Of a DNA stretch of 64,000 bases, positions 1 to 9,453 are shown one piece after another. Positions within the stretch are counted from its first letter, which is position 1, and each line of letters begins with the position of its first letter. The position numbers and the translations under genes were made by a program. The DNA is taken from positions 32,001 through 96,000 of the forward strand of contig JBFIHX010000005.1 of NCBI GenBank assembly GCA_041601615.1. Direction: 5' to 3'. Below the pieces are notes generated by a model. That model did no database searches. It was not told the origin of the DNA and saw nothing but the letters and a program-made list of their open reading frames with translations. The DNA comes from Thermoplasmatota archaeon (GTDB taxonomy: Archaea; Thermoplasmatota; E2; JACPAO01; JAHFTW01).

Positions 1-3000
1 CTGACCGAAGGCGTACTGGTTGCTCCGCTCGAAGGTATTGCTGAGGTGAAAATCGGCCTCAACATGGACGGCACCGACTACGTGGACCTGTTCTTTGCAG
101 GCCCCATTCGCGCCGCTGGCGGAACCGGCCAGGCCATGAGCGTCCTGATTGCCGATGTGGTACGCCGCGAGCTTGGGATCGGACGATTTGTGCCCACCGA
201 CGCCGAAGTGGAGCGCTACAAAGAGGAAATTCCCGCCTACAAGCAAGCGGCCAACCTCCAGTACACGCCCACGGCGCCCGAAATCGAACTCATTGCCAAG
301 AACTGCCCCGTCTGCATCAATGGCGAAGGCACGGAGCAAGAAGAGGTCACGGGCAACCGCGATTTGCCCCGCGTCGAAGGCAACCGTTTGCGTGGCGGCG
401 CCTGTCTCGTCATGGCAGAAGGCCTCGTCCTCAAAGCTCCAAAGCTCATGAAGCACGTGGAAAAACTCGGCCTAGAGAGCTGGGATTTTCTTGGCGAGTT
501 CATGAAAAAGGGCAAAAAGGACGACGACGGCGCCGAAGAAGACCCCAACGCGCTGCCGGTCATCGCACCCAACCCCAAATTCGTGCGCGACATCATCGCC
601 GGACGACCCGTATTCAGCCACCCCAGCCGCGAAGGAGGATTTCGGCTGCGATACGGGCGCGCCCGCACCGGAGGCCTTGCCAGCAATGCGTTCCACCCCG
701 CTACCATGAGTCTCGTGGATGACTTTCTGGCCGTCGGCACCCAACTGAAGGTAGAACGACCCGGAAAGGGAACGCTTGCGACTCCGTGTGACACCATCGA
801 GGGCCCGACGGTGCTTCTGAAAAACGGCAGCCTGCGCCGCTTACACAGCATTGCCGAGGTCAAGGCAATCCGGCCTGCCATCGTCGAAATCCTGGATCTT
901 GGCGAGATTCTCATTCCCTTTGGCGAGTTCACGGAAAACAACGCCAACCTGCCGCATGCGTCCTACTGCTGGGAATGGTGGATCCAAGAATTCCAGGCGG
1001 CCACCGGCGCGACCGAGGACCTACACCCCACGGGAAGCCTCACCGGGGAAGCCATGGTGGAACTGGCCGAAACCACAAGAACACCCTTGCACCCCGACGG
1101 CACCGTCCTCTGGCACGACATCAAAGGCGAGCATATTCGGGAGCTAAGCCAATGGGTGCGCGACCACGGCGTCTGGGACAACGACCGGCTTCTGCTGCAC
1201 GACACCGCCGGCACCGGCGCCGGAACGCCTGCCGAAGCCGCCATCGCACACCTCCAGACGCTCCTTTGTCGCTACGAAGTCGAAGGCACCCAAGTGCGCA
1301 TCGAACCCACCCTCAGCCTGCCCCTTCTGCGCTGCCTCGGCCTCGACCGCGACGGCGACAAAGTCATCGAAACCCCACGACGACGCCTCCTCTACGACCC
1401 TTGCCAACCGGACCCCGTCACCCAGTACCCGACCGTGGAACTGGCAAGCCGACTTGCAGGATTCCCCGTCCGCCCCCGCGCCCCCTGCCGCGTCGGAGGC
1501 CGCATGGGCCGCCCCGAAAAAGCCGACGTACGCAAAATGCAACCACCGACGCACGCGCTCTTCCCCATCGGACAAGCCGCCGGGAACCAACGCCAAATCG
1601 CCGACGCGCTCAAGAAAGGCCGCATCGAAGTGGACGTAGGTGAACGCACTTGCGCCGGCTGCGGATCACGCGAACAATGGCGCATCGAATGCGATCGTTG
1701 CGGCGGACGCACGGAGCCATCCCCTGCCAAGCCCGGCCAAAGCTCCTTCGACCGCGTCGACCGCGTCATCGACCTACGCGCCGAAGTCGAACGCGCCACC
1801 AAAGGCCTCGGCATCGGCAAAATTCCCGACACCAAGTGCATGGTGAAGGTGATCAACAAAGAGCGCACCCCAGAACCACTCGAAAAGGGCATCCTGCGCG
1901 CCAAGCACCAACTCTGGACCTTCAAAGACGGCACCATCCGCTACGACATGACGGACGTGCCGATTACCCACTTCAACCCCCGCGAAATCCACGCCACCGT
2001 CGACCAGCTCAAGGGCATGGGCTACACCCACGACTGCAAAGGCGCCCCCCTCGAACGTGACGATCAGATCCTAGAACTGCGCGTCCAAGACATCGTGGTC
2101 AGCAAGGGCTGCATGGATTATTTCCTGCGCGTCGCCCAGTACGTCGACGAACTGATGGTCAAATTCTATGGCATCAAGCCTTACTACGAAGCGACCGAAC
2201 GAGACGACCTGATCGGGGCATTGGCGATTGGATTGGCACCGCACACGAGTGGGGGTGTCCTCTGTCGCATTATTGGTTGGACTAAGGCGCAATGCCACTA
2301 TGGCCACCCATATTTTCATGCAGCAAAACGCCGTAACTGTGATGGTGATGAAGATGCTGCAATGTTGCTTATGGATGGACTCCTAAACTTCAGCCGCGGC
2401 TACATCCCCGACCGCCGCGGCGGCCTCATGGACCTGCCCCTCGTTCTCACCACGCGCCTCGATCCCAACGAAATCGACAAGGAAGCGCACAACGTGGACT
2501 GCCATAATCGCTACCCCTTGGCGTTCTTCGAGGCGACCACGCGCCACGCCAACCCGAAGGAGGTCACCGGAATCATGGACCTCGTCGAGGGCCGCGTCGG
2601 CACGCCCGCCCAGTACGAGGGCTTCGGCTTCACCCACGACACCCGCGACATCGCCGAGGGCCCCGACTTGTCCGCCTACAAGGTCTTGGAGACCATGATG
2701 GACAAAATGACGGCGCAGATGGAACTGGGGCGAAAAATCCGAGCCGTGGACGAAGCCGACGTGGGCGCCAAAGTGATCGGAACCCACTTCCTGCCCGATC
2801 TTATGGGCAATCTCAAGGCGTTCAGCAAACAGAAAGTGCGCTGTCCGCAGTGCAACACCAAGTATCGCCGCATGCCGCTCAAGGGCTGCTGCCTGTCCTG
2901 TGGCAACCCCAAATTGACCCTGACGGTCCACGAAGGGTCCGTGCGAAAGTACCTCAACATCTCGAAGGAAATCGCCGTCCGGTACAACATCGACCCGTAC

Positions 3001-3093
3001 ACCCACCAGCGGATTCTGCTGCTGGAGCAGGCCGTGGAATCGTTGTTCAACAATGATAAGGTGAAGAAGGCCAAGTTGGACGATTTCTTCTGA
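1..3093 (+). CDS. polC: DNA polymerase II (PolD) large subunit DP2, 5'-truncated by window edge; no intein
   Basis: Frame open from base 1 (LTEGVLVAPLEGI); motifs GPIRAAGGT, GGFRLRYGR, HAAKRRNCDGDED, C-terminal Zn finger and PIP-like KLDDFF. Confidence 0.98.
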   Translation: MTEGVLVAPLEGIAEVKIGLNMDGTDYVDLFFAGPIRAAGGTGQAMSVLIADVVRRELGIGRFVPTDAEVERYKEEIPAYKQAANLQYTPTAPEIELIAKNCPVCINGEGTEQEEVTGNRDLPRVEGNRLRGGACLVMAEGLVLKAPKLMKHVEKLGLESWDFLGEFMKKGKKDDDGAEEDPNALPVIAPNPKFVRDIIAGRPVFSHPSREGGFRLRYGRARTGGLASNAFHPATMSLVDDFLAVGTQLKVERPGKGTLATPCDTIEGPTVLLKNGSLRRLHSIAEVKAIRPAIVEILDLGEILIPFGEFTENNANLPHASYCWEWWIQEFQAATGATEDLHPTGSLTGEAMVELAETTRTPLHPDGTVLWHDIKGEHIRELSQWVRDHGVWDNDRLLLHDTAGTGAGTPAEAAIAHLQTLLCRYEVEGTQVRIEPTLSLPLLRCLGLDRDGDKVIETPRRRLLYDPCQPDPVTQYPTVELASRLAGFPVRPRAPCRVGGRMGRPEKADVRKMQPPTHALFPIGQAAGNQRQIADALKKGRIEVDVGERTCAGCGSREQWRIECDRCGGRTEPSPAKPGQSSFDRVDRVIDLRAEVERATKGLGIGKIPDTKCMVKVINKERTPEPLEKGILRAKHQLWTFKDGTIRYDMTDVPITHFNPREIHATVDQLKGMGYTHDCKGAPLERDDQILELRVQDIVVSKGCMDYFLRVAQYVDELMVKFYGIKPYYEATERDDLIGALAIGLAPHTSGGVLCRIIGWTKAQCHYGHPYFHAAKRRNCDGDEDAAMLLMDGLLNFSRGYIPDRRGGLMDLPLVLTTRLDPNEIDKEAHNVDCHNRYPLAFFEATTRHANPKEVTGIMDLVEGRVGTPAQYEGFGFTHDTRDIAEGPDLSAYKVLETMMDKMTAQMELGRKIRAVDEADVGAKVIGTHFLPDLMGNLKAFSKQKVRCPQCNTKYRRMPLKGCCLSCGNPKLTLTVHEGSVRKYLNISKEIAVRYNIDPYTHQRILLLEQAVESLFNNDKVKKAKLDDFF

Positions 3094-3267
3094 GTCGGAC
3101 GGCGCAGCTCGGGGTTTCCAAGGGGCGGCGCCCCTTGGAATGGCAAGGTGAAGAAGGCGAAGTTGGACGATTTCTTCTGAGTCGGACGGCGCAGCTCGGG
3201 GTTTCCAAGGTGCAGCCCCCATTGGAATGGCAAGGTAAAGAAGGCGAAGTTGGATGATTTTTTCTTG
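3052..3267 (+). repeat. 87-bp tandem repeat (about 2.5 units) of the polC 3' end plus hairpin spacer
   Basis: Copies start at 3052, 3139 and 3226; hairpin TTCCAAGGGGC-GGC-GCCCCTTGGAA at 3116-3140. Confidence 0.95.
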
Positions 3268-3398
3268 GTTGGGTGGCGTAGGTTGGGGTTGCGGCGGCTA
3301 CACAGGGAGTTAGGCCGCGTTCGTCACGACCACGAGCAAGGCCCTGCGTATTTTCCGCCGCCCGCCAAGTCCTAATTTTCACCGCTCATGCCCGAAAC

Positions 3399-3983
3399 GT
3401 GCATCCCGAGCCGCTATTCGTTTTCACCGTACGCGATATTAGGGAGCGCTTAGAACGTCGTCACCCATACGACATGATCCGCATGGGAGGGCTGCTCCGA
3501 CATCTATTGCTCGATGGCTCCACCCTACTTTCGCAAGCCAACATGCGTCATGGGGAGGTCTTGAAATATTCCGTCGTCGATTTTGGAGCGCACGGTGGCA
3601 TTGTTGCCGATGACGGAACTATCCCCATGTGCGACCACGTAATCGCCCCTAATTTTGACGATCTAGGGGAACCCTATGTTGACCATGTTGACTTGCCGAC
3701 GTTTTTAGCAATGACCTGCTTCCACACCCCCGACCAGACGTTTTCCGTTAAGGACGTGATTCGCTTCGCGTCGCATGTGCAGGGTGGTATTCATAGTGGA
3801 CATCCACGTGGCGAAAAAGAACATCACCAGCAAAGCGCCTCCTACTTACCTACGATGTCCATGCGCGCTTGGGACCAAAGCATAATCCAGGTCGTGCTCG
3901 TCGTCCTGCGAGCGATGCGCCCGCTAATGTCTCGCATCGAAGGTACTTGGGGACTTGAGCCACACACGCTCGACCCGGTCTGA
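3399..3983 (+). CDS. Hypothetical protein (cassette ORF)
   Basis: 194-aa ORF with lower GC than its neighbours, bounded by the GTT site and an attC-like site. Confidence 0.7.
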   Translation: MHPEPLFVFTVRDIRERLERRHPYDMIRMGGLLRHLLLDGSTLLSQANMRHGEVLKYSVVDFGAHGGIVADDGTIPMCDHVIAPNFDDLGEPYVDHVDLPTFLAMTCFHTPDQTFSVKDVIRFASHVQGGIHSGHPRGEKEHHQQSASYLPTMSMRAWDQSIIQVVLVVLRAMRPLMSRIEGTWGLEPHTLDPV

Positions 3984-4011
3984 CCACGAAGCGGGTCTCC
4001 GCGCGAACGCG

Positions 4012-4088
4012 GCCTAACAACTCACTCAACCCGGTCACGCGCCTCCGCGCGCTCCGGCGCGCGACGGGTTCGTTCGAGGCCGCTATGC
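4012..4088 (+). other. attC-like recombination site 1
   Basis: GCCTAAC (RYYYAAC), ACTCAACCCG...CGGGTT imperfect palindrome, ends GCTATGC (one mismatch to GTTATGC). Confidence 0.75.
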
Positions 4089-4172
4089 CTCACTTCCATG
4101 AAGCGCCGGGGTTCTCTGGCCGGGGTGTAAAGCGGTAAATATCAGGCGTTACTACATGTAACTTGGAGTAAC

Positions 4173-4397
4173 ATGCCGAAAGCTGTCATCGACTTGAGCG
4201 AACACGCCAACCGCATTGTGAACGTCGTCAAAGCACGCGATGGCATGAAGAGCAAGTCGGAGGCACTGGAACGAATCGTCGAGGACTACGAGGAATTCAT
4301 TCTTGATCCTGCGTTCAAGCCGGATTTCCAGGCTGATTTGCAGCGGATCCGCGAAGGCCAGTTCGAGGCCGTCAACGATCTCGGTGAACTTCTTTGA
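4173..4397 (+). CDS. Putative antitoxin, DUF2683-like
   Basis: 74 aa, NRIVNVVKARDGMKSKSEAL, acidic C-half; overlaps the downstream toxin by 4 nt. Confidence 0.75.
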   Translation: MPKAVIDLSEHANRIVNVVKARDGMKSKSEALERIVEDYEEFILDPAFKPDFQADLQRIREGQFEAVNDLGELL

Positions 4398-4663
4398 CTT
4401 GGGCACTTGAAGTCAGCCCAGAATTCAAACGAGACTACCGCAAACGCTGCACCAAGGATGCAGGGTTTCGCGAAGCGGTCAACAAGAAAGTGACCCAGAT
4501 TCGTGAGAATTCATTGCACTATAAGCCGCTGCGAAAGCCATTGCAGGGGCTACGAAGAGTCCACGTGATGGGCTCGTTTGTCATTGTTTTTGAGCCCGTT
4601 GAAGGGAGTCATGTCGTCCGGTTGTTGAGGCTGGCTCATCACGATGATGCGTATGGAATCTGA
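4394..4663 (+). CDS. RelE/ParE-superfamily toxin
   Basis: 89 aa, basic, YKPLRKPLQGLRRVHV..FVIVF..HHDDAY typical of RelE/StbE. Confidence 0.85.
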   Translation: MTWALEVSPEFKRDYRKRCTKDAGFREAVNKKVTQIRENSLHYKPLRKPLQGLRRVHVMGSFVIVFEPVEGSHVVRLLRLAHHDDAYGI

Positions 4664-4675
4664 TTTCCTTCGCTT

Positions 4676-4740
4676 GGCATATTAAGTCACTCAACCCGAC
4701 TCGGCACTTCGTTCGGAACCGCTGACCTCGCCCGTTGCCC
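4676..4740 (+). other. attC-like recombination site 2 (degenerate)
   Basis: GGCATA complements the cassette start TATGCC (4084-4089); GTCACTCAACCCGAC shared with the site at 45191; ends CCGTTGCCC. Confidence 0.65.
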
Positions 4741-4846
4741 GCCCCTGAATCTCGGCGCCCTGGTCTCTGCCACCCCCGGATTTCCTCCATACTTTCCCCT
4801 TCATCCCCCCGAAGCCGCTAAAACCCCCCTGCGGGTCCGAGGGTCA

Positions 4847-5014
4847 ATGGCGAAGAAGTCGCAGGGCCCCGGCATCCAGTCCGCGGCTGGTCTCATCCGT
4901 TACTTTGACGCGGAAGAGAAGAACAACATCAAGATCGCGCCGGCTGCTGTGCTGATTCTTGCGGTCGTCGTGGGCGTTGCCGTGCTGTTGATGCGCGCCT
5001 TCTGGGAATACTAG
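4847..5014 (+). CDS. secG: Preprotein translocase subunit Sec61-beta (not in ORF track)
   Basis: Manual translation MAKKSQGPGIQSAAGLIRYFDAEEKNNIKIAPAAVLILAVVVGVAVLLMRAFWEY; SAAGLIRYFD motif plus C-terminal TM helix. Confidence 0.93.
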   Translation: MAKKSQGPGIQSAAGLIRYFDAEEKNNIKIAPAAVLILAVVVGVAVLLMRAFWEY

Positions 5015-5113
5015 GCCGTCTGCCGGATTCCTCCGTTTTTTCCTTTGGGTTGCCGTTGGGCCCCGTTGCCCTCTCTGCGAACGGTTAAGAGATGCGGGTC
5101 TGCATCTTCGCGT

Positions 5114-5365
5114 ATGGGCACGCCGTCCAAGGGGCGCTTCGTCCTCGTTGCTGCGGGTTCTGCCCTGTTTCTGGCGCTCCTTGCGAAGCTGGTCGCTGAT
5201 CGGTTCGTGGAGGAGCCCTTGGATTGGGTTCCGAGTGTTGTGACGGCGGTTGTCGTCGGGGCGTTTCTTGCGCTGATTGTGTTCCGGCCGCGTGGCGATG
5301 TTGGCGAGGCGGAGTTCACTGTGGAGCGCTCGGTCCGAGTTGTTCGAAGGGGAGAAGAGGAGTAG
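5114..5365 (+). CDS. Small two-TM membrane protein
   Basis: Two hydrophobic helices; ATG at 5114 chosen. Confidence 0.6.
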   Translation: MGTPSKGRFVLVAAGSALFLALLAKLVADRFVEEPLDWVPSVVTAVVVGAFLALIVFRPRGDVGEAEFTVERSVRVVRRGEEE

Positions 5366-5397
5366 GAACGGCCGGGTTCGGCCTTTTTGCGGTATTT

Positions 5398-7689
5398 CTA
5401 GCGGCGGCGTGCGATGAGTGCGGCTGCGAGAAGTGCTAGTCCTACGAGGAGTGCGCCGGCGCCGGGGCTGTCTTTGGCGGCGGTCTCAGGGGTCGGGGCG
5501 GTGGTTTTCTCCGCCACGAACAGGCCTTGTTCTCCGTACAGGGGGTCGTAGCTGTAGGTGGGGATGAACGGCGTGTCGATGCTGGTCCATTCGACGTTTC
5601 CGCCGAGGCTGTTCATGACGAACCAGTAGGTCAGGGCACTCACAGAGTAGCCGCTGAGGCCGTAGCGGTGGTCGTTGCCTTGGAAGGGCACGGGGAGGGC
5701 GCCGCCGATGAGGTCGATGCTGCCGGAGCCGAGCGGGGTGGTGCCGAGGCTGGCCATTTCGCCTTCCCTGGTGGTCTTGCAGGGTGGTGCGACGTCGGGG
5801 TGGTAGTCCGAGGCGGTTCCGGCGCTGTTGGTGGTGCCGATAACGTGGCCGCCGGCGGTCTCAAAGAGCGGCCGGGAGACGCCCCATTCGGGGTAGTTGC
5901 GGGGAATGGAGTAGCCGACGGCGGTTGCTTCTCCGGTGACCCGGGCGGCCCAGGTTACGCCGTCGAGGAGGGCGTGGTCGGGGTCTTCGATTTCGCTGTG
6001 GCCGACGTACACGCATTGTTGCATGACGGCGTCCGAGGTGATGCCACTCCAGTCGAGGAATCGAATGGCGCTGTCGGTTAAGAGGAGGTGTCCGCCGCCT
6101 TCGACCCAGGTCTTGATGGCTTCGATTTGGTCGGGAAACAGGCTGTCGAGGATTTGGTTGGTGATGACGAGGTGTTCGTATCCGGCCAGGTCGATCGCGG
6201 CGAAGGTGGCTGCGTCCAGTGCTTCGATGGGGTCCTTGCTGAAGGGGGCTAGGTCGCGCCAGAAGTCTACGTTGCTCACGTCGTAGGCGACTTGGTCGAA
6301 TTCGAAGCGGGCCTCCACGGGGTCGAAGCTGCGTCCTACGGCGCTTTGGTAGGGGTTGGGGTTGTTGTCGCTGGTGACGCGGACGCCGTCGTCGAGGTAG
6401 GCCACGGGGCCGGTGCCTGCGAGCATGGGCGTGTCGAGGCGGCCGGCCATCTGCATTTGGGCGCGGACGATTTCGCGCACGCCGGCGACGTGCATGTCTT
6501 CGAGTTTGCCAATCCAGTGGTTGTCGGGGACGGCGTGGCTGTAGGCGAATTCGGTGATGGTGCCGACGGCGCCCATGCCGCCGGTGGGGCTGCGGGGGCT
6601 CATCATGAGGTAGTCGCTGGTGAATCCGGTGTCGGTGTAGCCAATCATGTCCCAACGGGCGCCCCACTCGAAGGCGCGTCTGTGGGCGGCTTCGGGGGTG
6701 GTGCATTGTTGCCCGAGTGGGCCATCGACGCATTGCTCGGGGATGATTCCGGCGCTGGCGACGAGGTCGGTCATGGTCGCGCCGGCTTGCCATTCGGCGA
6801 ACGCGGGGTTTGCCTCAACGTTGGCTTGGATCTTGTTGAGTTGGTCCACCACGAGCACCATGCGGCGGAAGTCGTAGTCCTGGTTGGGGATGATCGAGCG
6901 CATCATGTTGGGGCTGTTGATCATGCCGTGCAGGTCGGTGCCGCTGACGAGGTTGCTGTGGTTGCCGCTGAAGCGCAATTCGTTGACGACGGCGCGGCTT
7001 TCGGGCTCGTTCATCGGGTTGTGGGATGGAAGGATCCAGCCGGGGGTGGGAAATTGGCGGTTGAGGTCGACGCCGAGGGCATTTTCGCGGTCGAAGCCGG
7101 AGCAGTAGCCGACGGCAGGGCCGCCGACGAGGGGCACGACGCCGCGCTCGCACTCGTGCACGGCCTCGATGGAATCGCTGGAGAAGAAGTCCCCCGTGGC
7201 CCAGGAGTCGGGGTTGGGAAACCAGACGTTGAGGATAACGTGGTCTAGGAGCGGGGTTAGTTCTGCGCCGTAGGGTCCGATGCCGGCGGCTAGGTCTTCC
7301 AGGACGCGCACCATGCCTTCGCGGCCAGCGGGTTCGTTGGCGTGGATGCTGGCCGAGTAGCCGACCTGGAGTTTCTGGTCGCGGGGCACCGGGCTCTTCT
7401 CGTTGGTGACCTCCACGAAGTAGATGGGGCGTCCTAGGACCGATTCGCCGATGACGGAGAGTTCGATTTTGTCCGGGAAGGTTGCTTCGAGGTACTTCAG
7501 GCCGTCCACGAATTGGTCAAACTGGACGAAGAAGGTCGATTCCAGGGGCTCGCAAAAGTAGCGCGGCTCCGAGATGGTGGCACCGGTCACCATGTTCGTG
7601 GCGCACACCACGTCGTCTGCGCCCTGCGCCTGTACCGGCATGGCGTTCAATGTCATCAGGAGCACAAGTGCCCCGGCGGCCCACTTCAT
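5398..7689 (-). CDS. Secreted M14 zinc carboxypeptidase with C-terminal PGF-CTERM-like anchor
   Basis: Signal peptide; IHANE, RENALGVDLNR, DLHG motifs; ends DSPG-TM-RRR. Confidence 0.88.
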   Translation of the reverse strand: MKWAAGALVLLMTLNAMPVQAQGADDVVCATNMVTGATISEPRYFCEPLESTFFVQFDQFVDGLKYLEATFPDKIELSVIGESVLGRPIYFVEVTNEKSPVPRDQKLQVGYSASIHANEPAGREGMVRVLEDLAAGIGPYGAELTPLLDHVILNVWFPNPDSWATGDFFSSDSIEAVHECERGVVPLVGGPAVGYCSGFDRENALGVDLNRQFPTPGWILPSHNPMNEPESRAVVNELRFSGNHSNLVSGTDLHGMINSPNMMRSIIPNQDYDFRRMVLVVDQLNKIQANVEANPAFAEWQAGATMTDLVASAGIIPEQCVDGPLGQQCTTPEAAHRRAFEWGARWDMIGYTDTGFTSDYLMMSPRSPTGGMGAVGTITEFAYSHAVPDNHWIGKLEDMHVAGVREIVRAQMQMAGRLDTPMLAGTGPVAYLDDGVRVTSDNNPNPYQSAVGRSFDPVEARFEFDQVAYDVSNVDFWRDLAPFSKDPIEALDAATFAAIDLAGYEHLVITNQILDSLFPDQIEAIKTWVEGGGHLLLTDSAIRFLDWSGITSDAVMQQCVYVGHSEIEDPDHALLDGVTWAARVTGEATAVGYSIPRNYPEWGVSRPLFETAGGHVIGTTNSAGTASDYHPDVAPPCKTTREGEMASLGTTPLGSGSIDLIGGALPVPFQGNDHRYGLSGYSVSALTYWFVMNSLGGNVEWTSIDTPFIPTYSYDPLYGEQGLFVAEKTTAPTPETAAKDSPGAGALLVGLALLAAALIARRR

Positions 7690-7714
7690 GCAGGAGCATC
7701 AGGAGGCGGGGGTC

Positions 7715-8365
7715 TTACGGCTTGTGGCGCCAGTTTCGCACTGCTTCCAGGAGTTCCTGGGCGTCCGCGACTAGCACATCCGCTCCCGTCGGCGGTGCTC
7801 CCCAGGTCCATCCGCTGCCCCATCGGACGCCAATGGTCCATGCCCCAGCGGCTCGTCCCGCATCCACGTCGTAGCTCGTGTCGCCCACCATGACTGCCGA
7901 GTCTGGGCGCCGTCCTAAGCGGCCGCAGGCGGCAACCACGGGCGCGGGGTCCGGTTTGAGCGGTCGCACGTCGTCGTCGCCTACGATGGTGTCCCATAGG
8001 TCCGTGGCGCCGATGTTCTCCATGAGTCGGTGTGCTTCCTCCTCGCCCTTGGTGGTGACAATCGCAGTTTGCATTCCTTCAGCACGCAGCGTTTCGACCG
8101 CAGCTTGCACGCCTGGGTACCACTTGACAAGCCGCCAGGCCTCTTCGACGTAGTGTTCGCGGAAGGCATCCACCATGCGTTCAATCAGGAGCGCGTCCTG
8201 GGTGCGGGTGCGCAAAATATCGCGCAAGGGCATGCCAATCAGCACTTCCTCGGGCTTGAATCGCTCGAAGCCGCCCGCGTCCACGGCGCAATCGATGCTG
8301 GCACGGATGCTGCCGCCGGGATCCAGAAGGGTACCGTCCAAGTCAAAGCAGGCCACGTCGCGCAC
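7715..8365 (-). CDS. HAD-family phosphatase (Gph/PpaX-like)
   Basis: FDLDGTL, KPDP, MVGDTSYD motifs; GTG start inferred. Confidence 0.9.
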   Translation of the reverse strand: MRDVACFDLDGTLLDPGGSIRASIDCAVDAGGFERFKPEEVLIGMPLRDILRTRTQDALLIERMVDAFREHYVEEAWRLVKWYPGVQAAVETLRAEGMQTAIVTTKGEEEAHRLMENIGATDLWDTIVGDDDVRPLKPDPAPVVAACGRLGRRPDSAVMVGDTSYDVDAGRAAGAWTIGVRWGSGWTWGAPPTGADVLVADAQELLEAVRNWRHKP

Positions 8366-8530
8366 AGGCGCGGGAAGGGGAAGGGGGAGAAAGCGTGTTG
8401 GAACTACCCAGGGCAGAAGGCCACCGGCCACGGCCCACATCGCCGCAAGGGTAGATGCAAGATGGAAGTGTTGGATATGGACGGTCCATAGCGATACCCG
8501 TTTTTGTACGACTCCTGCGTCGGCGCATCC

Positions 8531-9427
8531 GTGCCCCAAAGCACTCCCGTTCGCGCCCGCGCCCTCGATGGCAAGGCGCTCGCCAAGCGCATCCGCACGG
8601 AACTCAAAGACGAGGTCACGGAACTTCGCGCGCGCTTTGGCAAATCACCCTGCCTAGTGGTCATTCTCGTGGGCGACGACCCCGGGAGCGCCGTGTATGT
8701 GGGCAACAAAGAGAAAGCCTGCAAGGCCGCCGGCATCGAGGGACGCACCATTCGCTTGCCAGCAACGACCAGCGAGGACGAGCTGGTGGGCTTGCTCGAA
8801 AAACTGGACCGCGACGCAGATGTCAATGGCATCCTCGTGCAGCTTCCCCTCCCTGCCGGCATCGACAAGGGCCGCGTCCTTCGCAAAATCGTCCCCTACA
8901 AGGACGTGGATGCGTTCCATCCTGAAAACGTCGGACACGCGCTCATTGGCGACGAAACCCTCGCTCCCTGCACGCCGCAAGGCATCCTCCTCTTGCTCGA
9001 CGAAGCGGGCATCGAGCTTTCCGGCGCCGAAGTCTGCATCGTTAACCACAGCAACATCGTCGGCAAACCACTTGCGGCCATGTGCATCAACCGCGACGCT
9101 ACCGTCACCGTCTGCCACTCCCACACACGCGACGTGCGCGCCCACACAAGCACCGCCGACGTAGTCGTCACCGGCACCGGAGGCCACCGACGCCTCACCG
9201 CAGACGACATCAAACCCGGCGCCATTGTCGTGGACGTCAGCATGTGCCGCGACGAAGACGGCGGACTCCACGGCGACCACACGCCGGACGTCTGGAACAA
9301 GGCCGCATGGGTCACACCCGTCCCGGGCGGCGTGGGCCCTATGACCATCGCGGTGCTGCTGCTCAACACCGTGCGCAGCTTCAAGCGAAAAATGGGTGTG
9401 CTTGCCTCGCCGCCCGCCGCAACCTAG
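8531..9427 (+). CDS. folD: Methylene-THF dehydrogenase/cyclohydrolase
   Basis: YVGNKEKAC, GILVQLPLP, KDVDAFHP, PCTP, TPVPGGVGPMT. Confidence 0.97.
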   Translation: MPQSTPVRARALDGKALAKRIRTELKDEVTELRARFGKSPCLVVILVGDDPGSAVYVGNKEKACKAAGIEGRTIRLPATTSEDELVGLLEKLDRDADVNGILVQLPLPAGIDKGRVLRKIVPYKDVDAFHPENVGHALIGDETLAPCTPQGILLLLDEAGIELSGAEVCIVNHSNIVGKPLAAMCINRDATVTVCHSHTRDVRAHTSTADVVVTGTGGHRRLTADDIKPGAIVVDVSMCRDEDGGLHGDHTPDVWNKAAWVTPVPGGVGPMTIAVLLLNTVRSFKRKMGVLASPPAAT

Positions 9428-9453
9428 CGCCGCACGGACAAAGGTTCAGGGGA

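Larger units (their letters stand above)
3309..4740 (+). mobile_element. Integron gene-cassette array lacking integrase (CALIN-like), two cassettes
   Basis: GTTAGGCCGCGTTCG (3309-3323) is the exact reverse complement of CGAACGCGGCCTAAC (4004-4018); attC-like sites at 4012-4088 and 4676-4740. Confidence 0.78.

Noticed and set aside
3091-3140. UGA plus hairpin as a selenocysteine recoding signal
   Set aside because: The UGA falls at the normal DP2 C-terminus, the hairpin does not resemble an archaeal SECIS, and the other ghosts are out of frame.
8370-8530. ZTP or THF riboswitch upstream of folD
   Set aside because: Consensus elements were not found by eye.
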